From NCBI GenBank assembly GCA_051251855.1, contig JBPOGI010000002.1:749605-813604 (forward strand): a DNA stretch of 64,000 nucleotides. The letters are read 5' to 3'. Position 1 is the stretch's first letter. Each line of letters begins with the position of its first letter. The notes beneath the pieces are model-generated. The model was not told where the DNA came from, made no database searches, and saw only the letters and a program-made list of their open reading frames with translations. Position numbers and translations under genes: made by a program. Positions 54,053-63,897 of this stretch are shown here, piece by piece. The stretch comes from Roseibacillus sp. Its GTDB lineage: Bacteria > Verrucomicrobiota > Verrucomicrobiia > Verrucomicrobiales > Akkermansiaceae.

Positions 54053-54850
54053 ATGAACTACATTGAACCTCATGCGCACATGGTCAGTCGGACCACGGCG
54101 GACTATCAAGCTATTGTGCAAGCAGGCTGCGTGGCCCTTTGCGAGCCAGCCTTTTGGGCGGGTTATGATCGGGTTTCGGTGGATGGCTTTCACGACTATT
54201 ATCGTCAATTGACAGAGTATGAACCTGCTCGGGCCGCCAAGTTTGGGCTGCCGCATTATTCCTGGCTTTGCATCAACCCCAAGGAAGCGGAGGATATAGG
54301 TTTCGCTAGGGAGGTGATGGCGATTATTCCTGAGTTTATCGACAAGCCCAACGTTTTGGGAATTGGTGAGATTGGTCTGAACAAGAACACCAAGAACGAG
54401 CTAACGATCTTTGAAGAGCACGTCGAAATCGCGAAAAAGTATGACCTTCCGATTTTGATTCACACTCCTCATTTGGAAGACAAGTTGAAGGGGACGAAGC
54501 TGATTCTGGATGCGCTAAAGAACGCGCAAGTGGATCCCAATCGCGTGATTGTGGATCATGTTGAAGAGCACACCGCGGGGATTGTTTTGGATGCCGGCTT
54601 TTGGGCGGGGATGACTCTTTATCCTGAGTCGAAGTGCACGGCCGCAAGAGCGATTGATATCTTGGAGACTTTTGGGCTGGAGAAAATCTGGATGAATTCA
54701 GCGTGTGACTGGGGGATTTCGGATCCTTTGGCAGTGATTAAGTGCGCGGTGGAGATGCGTAAGCGGCAGCATGCGCAGAACATTATCGATAAAGTGATTT
54801 TGGAAAATCCTCGAGCTTTTCTAAGTCAGTGTCCGAACTTTAAGAGTTAG
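54053..54850 (+). CDS. TatD-family hydrolase (EboB-like)
   Basis: HAHMVSRTT, EPAFW, INPKE, GEIG, HTPH, DH, NSACDWG. Confidence 0.85.
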   Translation: MNYIEPHAHMVSRTTADYQAIVQAGCVALCEPAFWAGYDRVSVDGFHDYYRQLTEYEPARAAKFGLPHYSWLCINPKEAEDIGFAREVMAIIPEFIDKPNVLGIGEIGLNKNTKNELTIFEEHVEIAKKYDLPILIHTPHLEDKLKGTKLILDALKNAQVDPNRVIVDHVEEHTAGIVLDAGFWAGMTLYPESKCTAARAIDILETFGLEKIWMNSACDWGISDPLAVIKCAVEMRKRQHAQNIIDKVILENPRAFLSQCPNFKS

Positions 54851-54851
54851 G

Positions 54852-55392
54852 CTAATCGATGGCGAACAAGTGATCGTAGCGTCTCAATCTTCCTGAAGTT
54901 GTTTCATGGCCTATCATGCCTTCGTCGCTGTAATTACCGCGAGAATTCCCATTTTCATCCAACTCCGTTACAGTCAAATTGAAGCTTGGGTAGGCTGTAA
55001 AAGTGATTCCTTGATTTAGCTCGTCTTCGCCCCGCCTTTTCCGCAGGCGTTGAGCTGTTTCTTCTTCGTCAAAGAGACGAAGTGAGATGAGGCGATCGTG
55101 GGCGAGTTCCTTGAGTTGTTGGGTAACTCCCTTTTGGGCAAGTTTAACCAAGTTTGCTCCGCCGATTTCTTCGAGTTCTGACAGGTAGCGTTTCCTTGGA
55201 GATGTCTTGGCTGTTGGCCGAGGAGGCTTGGGTTGAAGACTTGCTCGGAACGGGAAAGTCATCGCTAGCGTGTCGGAGCTGAGCAGTTGATTTTGGTTGA
55301 GCGGAAGAACTTTGAACAGGAGCTGAACCTCGGTCTGTGGAGTTGAGAAGGGAGCTACAGCCAAATCCCAAAATGGCACCCAACGCAATCAA
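54852..55392 (-). other. hypothetical ORF(s), possibly a frameshifted or degraded gene
   Basis: Two overlapping minus-strand frames (55144-55392 with a hydrophobic N-terminus; 54852-55388); no clear ATG start. Confidence 0.3.
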
Positions 55393-55478
55393 GCCTATTT
55401 CCTTTTTCAGTTTAATGAAGGGTGCTTCTTTTTGTTGAGATGGGTGCAGTAGGATTGCTTCTTTACCGCTCGTAGGAG

Positions 55479-56414
55479 CTAGACGAGGTGCAGTCTGTCC
55501 AAGGCGAGATTGGCTGCGCCGATGAGTCCTGCTTCGTTCCCAAAGCGGGCGGGAAGGATTTCGAGGTGCTCCTTGAAGGGTTGTCCGATTTGAGAAAAGA
55601 GTTTTTCTTGAAGAGGTTTGAAGAGGAGGTCACCGGCTTGCGAAACGCCGCCACCGATGATAATGGCTTCGGGATTCAGAAGAAAGACGGTGGAAGTGAG
55701 GGCGCAGGCGAGCTTCTCTGCAATGCCGTCCCAGACTTGGAGTGCGACGGGGTCGCCGTTTTGGGCGGACTGGGCGAGCGTTTTGGGCGAGCAGTCGTCT
55801 AGAGAAAGGCTTTGTCCCGCTTCGCGATAGAGCTCACGAGCGCGGGCAACGATTTCGTTGTTACCGATGTATTCTTCGAGGCCGCCGTGGTTCCCGTAGG
55901 GGCCGATACGTCCTTTGTAGTCGATGGACATGTGGCCAAGCTCGGAAGCTACTGAGTTAGCGCCGCGGGCGAGCTTGCCGTCGATTATCAATCCGCTTCC
56001 AACTCCTGTGCCAAGAGTCAACGCGACGATATGATTCATCCCTCGGCCAGCTCCCTTTTTCCACTCGGCATAGACCATGGCATTGGCGTCGTTGTCGACA
56101 GTTGCCGGCATTTCGAGTCGTTTCTCGAGCTCTCTTTTGAGGAAGATATCGACCCAGCCTTCGACATTGGTCAGGCGGTGAACACGTCCGGTGGGGAAGT
56201 CGACGAAGCCAGGCATCCCCGCTCCCGCTGCTGCGATTCTGGGGAAGCTATTCTGGAGGTTTTTGACGGTTCGCGCGATGTCATCAATCAGAGACGGCGC
56301 GTCTGGGTAGTCCTGAGTAGCGATCGGGGGGGCTTTGTCTAAAACCTTGCGACCCTCCACGACACCGATTTTGACCGTGGTGCCTCCGAAATCAATGCCT
56401 ACCGCTTGCTGCAT
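55479..56414 (-). CDS. ROK-family sugar kinase (glucokinase-like)
   Basis: GIDFGGT, DNDANA, TLGTGVG, ELGH, GGGV. Confidence 0.92.
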   Translation of the reverse strand: MQQAVGIDFGGTTVKIGVVEGRKVLDKAPPIATQDYPDAPSLIDDIARTVKNLQNSFPRIAAAGAGMPGFVDFPTGRVHRLTNVEGWVDIFLKRELEKRLEMPATVDNDANAMVYAEWKKGAGRGMNHIVALTLGTGVGSGLIIDGKLARGANSVASELGHMSIDYKGRIGPYGNHGGLEEYIGNNEIVARARELYREAGQSLSLDDCSPKTLAQSAQNGDPVALQVWDGIAEKLACALTSTVFLLNPEAIIIGGGVSQAGDLLFKPLQEKLFSQIGQPFKEHLEILPARFGNEAGLIGAANLALDRLHLV

Positions 56415-56584
56415 GGGACGAGCTTAGTCAGGTGAGCGAGGAGGGGGAGGCATTTTTTAGCAAAGTGGGACCGGTGAACTCGCTTTTGGTCTTGGGATAC
56501 AGCCACGCTTTTTGTGGTTCGGGCTGGTCATTACTGATTTCCAAATGATAAGGCTTCCTTAAGAACTTAATTCTACCTGCCGCC

Positions 56585-58348
56585 ATGATTCCATTTGAAA
56601 GAAATCGCCAACAGACAATCCCTTCTTCTTCCCTCAAAGTAATTGGCTTAGGAGGGGCTGGAGCCAACATGCTCGATCGCGCCGCTCTCGATGGTATGGA
56701 AGGAGCCGAGCTTCTTTCTCTCAATACTGATATGCGGACACTGGCTCAATCGGTGGCGGGCGAGAAAATTCAATTGGGGCCCAATTTGACGAAGGGGTTG
56801 GGCGCGGGAGGTGATCCAGAACTGGGTAAGCAGGCGGTGTTGGAAGTGGAGGACCAAGTCCGCGATGCCGTAAAGGGTCGTAGTATTGTTTTCTTGTGTG
56901 TCGGTTTAGGGGGCGGAACGGGCTCGGGAGCAGCACCTATTGTGACGCGTCTTGCTCGGGAAGAAGGAGCTTTCGTGGTGGTTTTTGCAACGATGCCATT
57001 TTCGTTCGAGGGACAACGTCGTCGAGATCAGGCTGAGACTGCGCTCAACGAGTTGGCGGTGCTGTCAAATGCGTTGGTGACTTTTGATAACGGCCGCATG
57101 GGAGAGTTGGTGTTGGCCAAGCAGGGAATTCATGAGGCCTTCTCGGCGGCGGATCGAATGATTTCAGAAAGTATCAAGGCGGTGACTCGTCTGGTAGTGA
57201 AGCCTGGTTTAGTGAATGTGGGGCTCGACGATTTGATGACGGCTCTCAAGACCAATCGTTCCCGTTGTCTCTTTGGCTCCGGAATCGCGAAGGGTAAAAA
57301 TCGTGCGCAATCTGCGCTCAAGAATGCCCTTTCCAGCCCTCTTCTTGACCGAGGAAGTCTTTTGCAAGATGCGGAGTCAGTATTAGTGCATGTGAGCGGA
57401 GGTCCCGAGATGACTCTTTATGAGGTGGAGCTCTTGATGCAGGGCTTGACGAAACATGTTCCGGAATCGGCGCATATTCTCTTTGGGGCGGCGATCGATG
57501 AGGCGATGGGGGATTCCCTGAGCGTGACGGTGATCAGTGCTTTGCCAGAGAACAAGTTGACCGCGACGATGCCGGGAAAGTCTGAAGGGGCGGAAAGCAT
57601 TTTTGAGACTGTTTCCGAGGATGAGATCGAAGACGAGGAGGAGGAAGTGAGCCAAGCGGGTACTTTTGTGCCTGCAGTGAGTTTCAAAAAGCCAGAAGCG
57701 CCAGTTGAGAAGAAGGAGAAGCCAAAGAAAGTTTTTAAGAAGCCTGAACCCGAGCCGGAACCAGAACCAGAACCGGAAACCGATTCTGTGATTGATGGTT
57801 TCGAAGAAGAAGAATGGGAAGAGGAAGAGCTTCCGACACGAGGGAAAGTAGAGAGCCCGTTTCTGGATGATGAAGACGTTGACGAGGAGGAAGACGAAGC
57901 ATTGAACGAAGTCGAGTCGCCAGCAGAGGTGGAGGATGAAGTCGAAGAGGATGAGGAAGAGTTTGAAGATTCGGAAGACGAGAGCGATGAGAACGACGAG
58001 GTTGAAGCTGAACTCGATGAAGAGGAAGAAAGTGAAGAGGAGCCCGAAATCGTCGTGTTGGACGAGGTGATTGAAAAAGCAAAGTCCAAAGCTGAAGACT
58101 CCAAAAAGGATAAGCCTGCCAAGGAGGATGAGCTTAATGAGCTCGAGGATACAGATTGGGCCGAAGTCCATCAGCCGAAGACATACAAGAAGAAGAGTTC
58201 AGCGAGCGAAAAGAAGCGCCCGGTGGCTGGTCAAGCTGAGCTCGAGTTAGATGGCGGCCCCCGAGGCCGTTTTGAGGGGGAAAGTCCAAACCTCAATGAT
58301 GGGGAGGATCTCGATGTTCCTCCCTATCTGCGAAAGCGGGCAAAGTAG
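56585..58348 (+). CDS. ftsZ: cell division protein FtsZ with long acidic linker
   Basis: NTD, TKGLGAG, GGGTGSG, PFSFEG, C-terminal DLDVPPYLRK. Confidence 0.93.
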   Translation: MIPFERNRQQTIPSSSLKVIGLGGAGANMLDRAALDGMEGAELLSLNTDMRTLAQSVAGEKIQLGPNLTKGLGAGGDPELGKQAVLEVEDQVRDAVKGRSIVFLCVGLGGGTGSGAAPIVTRLAREEGAFVVVFATMPFSFEGQRRRDQAETALNELAVLSNALVTFDNGRMGELVLAKQGIHEAFSAADRMISESIKAVTRLVVKPGLVNVGLDDLMTALKTNRSRCLFGSGIAKGKNRAQSALKNALSSPLLDRGSLLQDAESVLVHVSGGPEMTLYEVELLMQGLTKHVPESAHILFGAAIDEAMGDSLSVTVISALPENKLTATMPGKSEGAESIFETVSEDEIEDEEEEVSQAGTFVPAVSFKKPEAPVEKKEKPKKVFKKPEPEPEPEPEPETDSVIDGFEEEEWEEEELPTRGKVESPFLDDEDVDEEEDEALNEVESPAEVEDEVEEDEEEFEDSEDESDENDEVEAELDEEEESEEEPEIVVLDEVIEKAKSKAEDSKKDKPAKEDELNELEDTDWAEVHQPKTYKKKSSASEKKRPVAGQAELELDGGPRGRFEGESPNLNDGEDLDVPPYLRKRAK

Positions 58349-58430
58349 TGAGTGAGGCTTTGTTAAATTTTGGTAAAGATCGGCCTTTCCTGTTGTCAGA
58401 GGTTGTCTTTGGGTGGAATGCTTGCTTGAG

Positions 58431-59144
58431 ATGAGTGAGTTAGAGATGTCCGCGAAACGTATTCTGGTGATCGATGATGATCAGAAGCTCTGCGGACTGA
58501 TTGCAGATTACCTCACACCGTTGGGCTATCACGTCGAGGCAAAGCATACCGGCAACGAAGGTCTAGAGGCGGCGCAGGGAGAGGAGTGGGAGGCGCTCAT
58601 TCTCGATGTTATGATGCCGGGGATGGATGGCTTTGAAGTGTTGCGAGAGTTACGGAAGACCTCTCAGGTGCCGGTTCTTATGCTGACGGCCATGGGAGAG
58701 GAGGCTGATAGAATTGTAGGGCTGGAGCTGGGGGCGGATGATTACTTGCCAAAGACGTTTTCGACTCGGGAGTTGTTAGCGCGGCTGCGGGCAGTGACGC
58801 GAAGGGCGAAAGTGGCGACTCCGGTGAAGGATATGGCGACCGTTGATTTGGTGTCCGATGGTTTGGTTGTGAATGAGGCTGTTCATACTGCGGTTTTGGA
58901 TGATGAGCCGTTGGACCTAACTGCGCTAGAGTTTGCGATCTTAATCACCTTGATGAGAGGCAAAGGCCGAGTAAAGAGTCGAGAGCAATTGATTGAAGAG
59001 GTCAGCGAGCGGAAGTTTGATATCTTTGATCGCTCGATTGATGTTCATATTTCAGCCCTTCGTAAAAAGCTGGGGGAAGATGCTCGTGAGCCAAGATTTA
59101 TTAAGACGGTAAGGGCAGTGGGCTACCAGTTTGTCGTAAAATAG
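58431..59144 (+). CDS. OmpR/CpxR-family response regulator
   Basis: DDD, LDVMMP, GADDYLPK, RSIDVHIS.LR.KL, TVRAVGY; start 58431 or 58446. Confidence 0.93.
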   Translation: MSELEMSAKRILVIDDDQKLCGLIADYLTPLGYHVEAKHTGNEGLEAAQGEEWEALILDVMMPGMDGFEVLRELRKTSQVPVLMLTAMGEEADRIVGLELGADDYLPKTFSTRELLARLRAVTRRAKVATPVKDMATVDLVSDGLVVNEAVHTAVLDDEPLDLTALEFAILITLMRGKGRVKSREQLIEEVSERKFDIFDRSIDVHISALRKKLGEDAREPRFIKTVRAVGYQFVVK

Positions 59145-60662
59145 ATGATGAGTGAGCAGAAGCTGACCTTGAAGATGCCCCGCTGGGGAGTACCTCTCTA
59201 TGGGCAGGTTCTAAGCTGGTTTTTTATCAATGTTGCTTTCGTTGCTTTGGCGCTTTGGCTGCTACTTAGGTTGCAATTCGGAGTGAGCTTGGATGATGTT
59301 CTTGCGGAGCAGTTGCGGGTAAGAGTCGAGCCTCGAGCTGAGTTGATAGCCGCAGAGTTGAGGCAGAGTCCTCATGAAAAATGGTCGCAAATTCTTTCGC
59401 AGAAGGGCGACGAGCTCGGAGTGCGTGTAGCGGTCTTGACTGAAGATGGAGTGTGGACCGGTGGGGCAGGTTTACCGGCTGCCTTAAGAGCTTCGGCGGA
59501 GAAGGTGGGAGAAAAACAGGGACCTCCTTTTCAAGGGGGTCGTGAGGGAGGACCTGAAAGAGCTGAGATGAGGCTTGATGGGCCGGGAGGTCCCGGGGGG
59601 AGGAGGCCGCCTCGGCCGCCAAGGGATGCTCGACAGTTAGCACGCGTCGTCTTTAGTGGGAAGGGTTCTCAAGGAGGGCGTTGGGTCGGTGTTGAAATCT
59701 ATCTGGGAGGGGAGAGTTTTCGGCATCCTCCGCATGGAGTTTTGAGCTTTTACGTTGAGAAGGGGACGCGCAGTGAAGTCTTTATCAATTGGGGGCTTTT
59801 TTCTCTCATCGGCTTGGGGTTACTTGTGCTCTCGGGGTTGGTTTGGCTACCATTCGTGCTTCGTGTCACTAAGCGCCTGCGTTTGATGACCGAGGGTGCA
59901 GAGCGAATTTCGGAGGGTGATTTTCAAGTGAATGTTGCTTCGAATAGAGGGGATGAAATTGGGAGGTTGAGTCGTGTGATTCAGCGCATGTCCAGTCGTC
60001 TTGGTGTGTTAGTCGATGGGCAAAAGCGCTTTCTGGGAGATACAGCACATGAGCTTTGCTCTCCCTTAGTAAGGATTCGTATGGGGTTGGGGGTCTTGGA
60101 GCAGGGGCTTGATGGTTCCGATCGTGAGCGGCTGCAGGCGGTTGAGGAAGAGGTGGGCGAGTTGGCTCGCTTGGTAGATGAACTTTTGGTCTTTTCCAAA
60201 GCGTCATTGGCAAAGGGAGAGGTCGGTTTTGAATCGGTGTTCCTGTATGAGCTTTGCGAGGAGGTGGGGAGGCGCGAGTCTCTAGGAACTGAGTGCGAAG
60301 TTCTCGGGGGGCAGGGGCTCGAGGTTCGAACCAATCCGGACCTTCTCAGGCGGGCGTTAGGCAACCTTGTGCGTAATGCGGCGCGCTACGGAGAAGGGAA
60401 GTCGCTAAAGATTAAGGTTGAGAAACATGGGGAAGAGGTTTGGATTGGCGTGCTGGACCGAGGGCCTGGGCTTCCGGAAGGGTGGATGGAGCGCGTCTTT
60501 GAGCCCTTTGCTAGACCTGAAGAAGCCCGAACCCGCGAGGGCGGTGGAGCGGGGTTAGGTCTGGCTATTGTGAAGACCTGCGCAGAATCTCTTGGAGGGC
60601 GAGTATTTTGTCGAAATAGAGAAACGGGAGGGCTTGAGGTAGTTTTAGTGATTCCTGTATAG
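59145..60662 (+). CDS. HAMP sensor histidine kinase
   Basis: 2 TM helices, HAMP, HELCSPL, NLVRNA, DRGPG, GAGLGLAI. Confidence 0.93.
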   Translation: MMSEQKLTLKMPRWGVPLYGQVLSWFFINVAFVALALWLLLRLQFGVSLDDVLAEQLRVRVEPRAELIAAELRQSPHEKWSQILSQKGDELGVRVAVLTEDGVWTGGAGLPAALRASAEKVGEKQGPPFQGGREGGPERAEMRLDGPGGPGGRRPPRPPRDARQLARVVFSGKGSQGGRWVGVEIYLGGESFRHPPHGVLSFYVEKGTRSEVFINWGLFSLIGLGLLVLSGLVWLPFVLRVTKRLRLMTEGAERISEGDFQVNVASNRGDEIGRLSRVIQRMSSRLGVLVDGQKRFLGDTAHELCSPLVRIRMGLGVLEQGLDGSDRERLQAVEEEVGELARLVDELLVFSKASLAKGEVGFESVFLYELCEEVGRRESLGTECEVLGGQGLEVRTNPDLLRRALGNLVRNAARYGEGKSLKIKVEKHGEEVWIGVLDRGPGLPEGWMERVFEPFARPEEARTREGGGAGLGLAIVKTCAESLGGRVFCRNRETGGLEVVLVIPV

Positions 60663-60752
60663 GAATGATGGCCCCAATTAGACGGGCTAATTTAGAATTA
60701 CTGACTTCTTTAAGGGGTCGACTTTTTATAAAAATCCATTAATTTCGTAACT

Positions 60753-63746
60753 ATGTGGTGGTTCTTCCTACTGCTGCTCCTGATCGCAGTCTTCTTAGCT
60801 CCCCTCGTTTGGGCAATGTTCCGAGTCTCAAAGCTGAGGTTTACGGACTCGTATGGGCAGATTGTCGCTCCCGAGCAAGTGCCTGAGCCCGTTTTGGCGA
60901 GATTGAAGGACCAGGTGGAGCCTCTCATTGGTTCGGGGTTTGAGTATTTGGGAATGCGACAAGAAAGTCGTGGTGACGAAGACTACTGGCAAGCGTTTCT
61001 CACCTCAGCGGGAGGGATGGTCTGGGCCGTCGCCGAGGAGCCTGACGAGCAGGATGAAGGGCGTCGCGTGAAGTTGATTAGTTTTGGTAGTAATGGCTCG
61101 GTCGCCGTAACTGCTGATGGAGAGGGCTCCTTTGGTGTTGAGTGGCCAGGAGTGCTTTTACGGAGAGATTCTTTCGTGTCGGCTCTAGAACAAGCTGAGA
61201 ATCATGCGCTACTTTTGACGGAGGAGAAGGTGCCTGTAATCGCGGTCGAGCCCGAAATGTTCCTCAATCGATACGAGCGAATGTCTTCGCAGGGTTTGGA
61301 TTCAATCTTCCAGCGCGGTTGGTTGGAGGAAACCCAGGGACGCTCTCTCAAGGTGCCTTTTACTAAGTTACCGCAGGTAGCCATTGCTTGGATCAAGTAT
61401 CAGTTGGGTGAGCGCGGGCGTAAAAAGTCAGGAGCCTCTTGGTTGTTAGATAGCAATTTAGGAGAGAAGCCTGCGGTGTCTCAGCCGGCGGTGGAGGTTG
61501 ACGAGAGTGGTGTATCTGAAGACGTATTGACGGCCGTTGCGGAACAGCCCGTGTTTGGTGGAGTTGAGGTTTTAGATGCTGTTCCAGAGGTGGCGGTGAT
61601 AGACGAGGAACTCGAGGGGGCTGTGGCCGAAGCTCTTGCTGCCAACGAGCGAGCGCTGGAAGGGTCTCAGGTGGAGTCGATGCCCGTGGGTCCGATTGAC
61701 GGCGAGATGTCGACGGTTGTTCATCAGGAGAAGTCTAGCGAAGAGATGGTGCCGGATGAGCCTGCGATACAGATTCCCGAGGAAGATGGGTTGGCTCGTG
61801 ATTGGGCCCTCTACCAGCAACAGGCATCAAAGAAGAGCTGGGTCTATTGGTTCGGTGGTTTTGGTGGACGGGCTATTCTGTTTCTGAGTTTACTCGTTTT
61901 CTCGCTATGGATGGCAACGAGTGCTGGTTGGGGTCTTCGTGTTGTTCTTTTTGGGGTGGTGGCGCTTTTGGTTCATGAAGGGGGGCATGCTGTTGCGATG
62001 CTTGCTAGGCGTTCTTGGGATTGGTCGCAATTTTTGATTCCGTTGCCACATGCGATGCGGGCCAAGCATTGGTCCATTGATGGTGGGTTTGGTGAGTTTT
62101 TGACAATACTTGCCGGTCCTTTGCCTGGGTTTATTCTGGGGTGGGTGGTGCTGGCGAAAGCGTATTTTGGTTCGCCAATTAGTGATGCGATGCTCGATTT
62201 CGCATTGGCTGCTATCGTGGTTAATGGCGTGACGTTGTTGCCTTTCTTGCCCCTTGATGGAGGTCGCCTGTTAGACCTCGCAGTTTTGCGTCGTATGCCT
62301 CAGATGAGAGTTGTTGGCCTCGTTTTTGCTGGCTTGCTGTTTTTTGGATTGGTTCCTTTTGGTGGGGGGGTGATTGCTGGGGTTTTAGGTCTACTCATGT
62401 GGACCGGGATTCCTGCAGCGAGACGGAGGAGTAAATTGCTGCCATGGTTGCGAGCCAATGTTAAAGAAGATCATGAGCAGCGAGTTGTGACGGCCTTCAA
62501 TATTTCCCGTGAGCGTTCCTTGCGAAAATCCTTTAATCGCGAGGCTGGGATCGCCCGCTTAGACGAGCTCATCGGGCTGGGGCAGGCAAAGAGGTTGGGT
62601 TTCCTTGGAGGGTTGTTTGCTTTGTTCGTGCTCTTTGTCTCATGGGCTGCTCCTCTGGCTCTGCCCGCATATAGTGTGGTTCTAAATGGTCAGCAGTGGT
62701 ATGCCATGCAGGCTGACGTTGAGAATGAAGTGGCAGGTTACTTGGGAGATTTGCGCCCTATAAAGTCGGCAGGATCGTCGAGTTCTGAGTTAGAGGCGCA
62801 AGAGAGAGAGGGTGCCGTTACAGAGTTGGCGAGTTGGCAAAAGAGATTGAAGAAGGGTTCAAGTCAACCTGGAAGCGTCTTTGATGAAAAGATGGAGCTG
62901 GATGCGGTTCGTAGTATGAAGTGGCGAGTAGCCTCCCATTGGATAGCGGAAGGGCCTAGCGAGCGACAAGCGGTTGCTCATGCTGCAGTAAAGGCGCTGC
63001 GTCGCGAAGCGATTCGGTCTGCAGATACTGGCGACCATATGCAGAGTTTCCGCGATTTGAGTGTGGCGCTCCGGGTCATTATTGAGTGCGAACCTCGGCA
63101 TTCTCTCGATTCCTGGGTGGCATGGTTGGAGTTGGAGCGAGATGTCCTCAAGGAAGTCGAAGATGTCAGCTCTCGCTACCCTTTGGCTGATACATACATA
63201 AAGTGGTATGAGGGGGCTTTGGCTCAATGCCCACGTCCGACTAGCCGAAAGCTCGCAGGGCTTATGCTTGCTGAATCGCAGGGCTTTGAGTCGTTGGCTC
63301 AGGGGTTGGATCTACGTGGGATCTCAGTTGGAGCTGCTGAAGGAGGAGTTGGGCGAAGGTTTCTCTCGACGCTTAAAGGGGTGGGGGAGCTTGTTTCGGT
63401 TGAGTCTTTGCAGGACAAGAGAGAGTTTTCTTCAGGCTTAGCGAAGTCGTCGTCTTTGAAAGAGGCTACTGAGAAGCTCAAGCATTCCGAGGTGTGGTCG
63501 CCTGAGCTTGAGAAGGCTTTGCGTCAGATCGATAGTAATTATGCCTTCAGGCAGATCGCAATGAGTGCTCTCAAGGTCAAGAGGGTGGGGATGAGCGGCG
63601 CGGCGCGGGAGCTAACTCAGCTGCGTGAAGATTACGGCTATACCGCGCGTCTCGTCGATGAAGCGGGCGAACGCAAATCGCTCAAGTTAAGCCGTCTCAC
63701 GCCATCGGGAGAAGTGGTCGAGATGAAGTGGCGCTTACAGCAATAA
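60753..63746 (+). CDS. large membrane protein with M50 (site-2) metalloprotease domain
   Basis: HEGGH, AGP, N...LLPFLPLDGGR within a TM region. Confidence 0.8.
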   Translation: MWWFFLLLLLIAVFLAPLVWAMFRVSKLRFTDSYGQIVAPEQVPEPVLARLKDQVEPLIGSGFEYLGMRQESRGDEDYWQAFLTSAGGMVWAVAEEPDEQDEGRRVKLISFGSNGSVAVTADGEGSFGVEWPGVLLRRDSFVSALEQAENHALLLTEEKVPVIAVEPEMFLNRYERMSSQGLDSIFQRGWLEETQGRSLKVPFTKLPQVAIAWIKYQLGERGRKKSGASWLLDSNLGEKPAVSQPAVEVDESGVSEDVLTAVAEQPVFGGVEVLDAVPEVAVIDEELEGAVAEALAANERALEGSQVESMPVGPIDGEMSTVVHQEKSSEEMVPDEPAIQIPEEDGLARDWALYQQQASKKSWVYWFGGFGGRAILFLSLLVFSLWMATSAGWGLRVVLFGVVALLVHEGGHAVAMLARRSWDWSQFLIPLPHAMRAKHWSIDGGFGEFLTILAGPLPGFILGWVVLAKAYFGSPISDAMLDFALAAIVVNGVTLLPFLPLDGGRLLDLAVLRRMPQMRVVGLVFAGLLFFGLVPFGGGVIAGVLGLLMWTGIPAARRRSKLLPWLRANVKEDHEQRVVTAFNISRERSLRKSFNREAGIARLDELIGLGQAKRLGFLGGLFALFVLFVSWAAPLALPAYSVVLNGQQWYAMQADVENEVAGYLGDLRPIKSAGSSSSELEAQEREGAVTELASWQKRLKKGSSQPGSVFDEKMELDAVRSMKWRVASHWIAEGPSERQAVAHAAVKALRREAIRSADTGDHMQSFRDLSVALRVIIECEPRHSLDSWVAWLELERDVLKEVEDVSSRYPLADTYIKWYEGALAQCPRPTSRKLAGLMLAESQGFESLAQGLDLRGISVGAAEGGVGRRFLSTLKGVGELVSVESLQDKREFSSGLAKSSSLKEATEKLKHSEVWSPELEKALRQIDSNYAFRQIAMSALKVKRVGMSGAARELTQLREDYGYTARLVDEAGERKSLKLSRLTPSGEVVEMKWRLQQ

Positions 63747-63828
63747 TTCAGGTTCCGCTGAGTATCTTGAATGTTCAATTTCCAGCGTGGAACAGGCTGG
63801 AATCCTTGTTCCTTAAAGGGATTGCGAG

Positions 63829-63897
63829 AAAGTGAAAAAAGTGCCTCGAAAGTGATTGACGCATCGTGGTCTCGTGACTAGGTTCCCGCCCCGCCGC
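63829..63897 (+). promoter_or_regulatory. sigma70 promoter with UP element and GC-rich discriminator (stable-RNA type)
   Basis: A-tract 63829-63840, TTGACG 63856, 17 bp spacer, TAGGTT 63879, CCCGCCCCGCC. Confidence 0.6.

Noticed and set aside
57744..57778. 6-bp tandem repeats in ftsZ (and in tonB near 39815-39837)
   Set aside because: They encode Pro-Glu linkers in frame; not independent repeat elements.
58431..60662. Two-component pair as PhoB/PhoR controlling the TBDR cluster
   Set aside because: The kinase has a periplasmic domain plus HAMP and no PAS, more CpxA-like; no motif copy was seen upstream.
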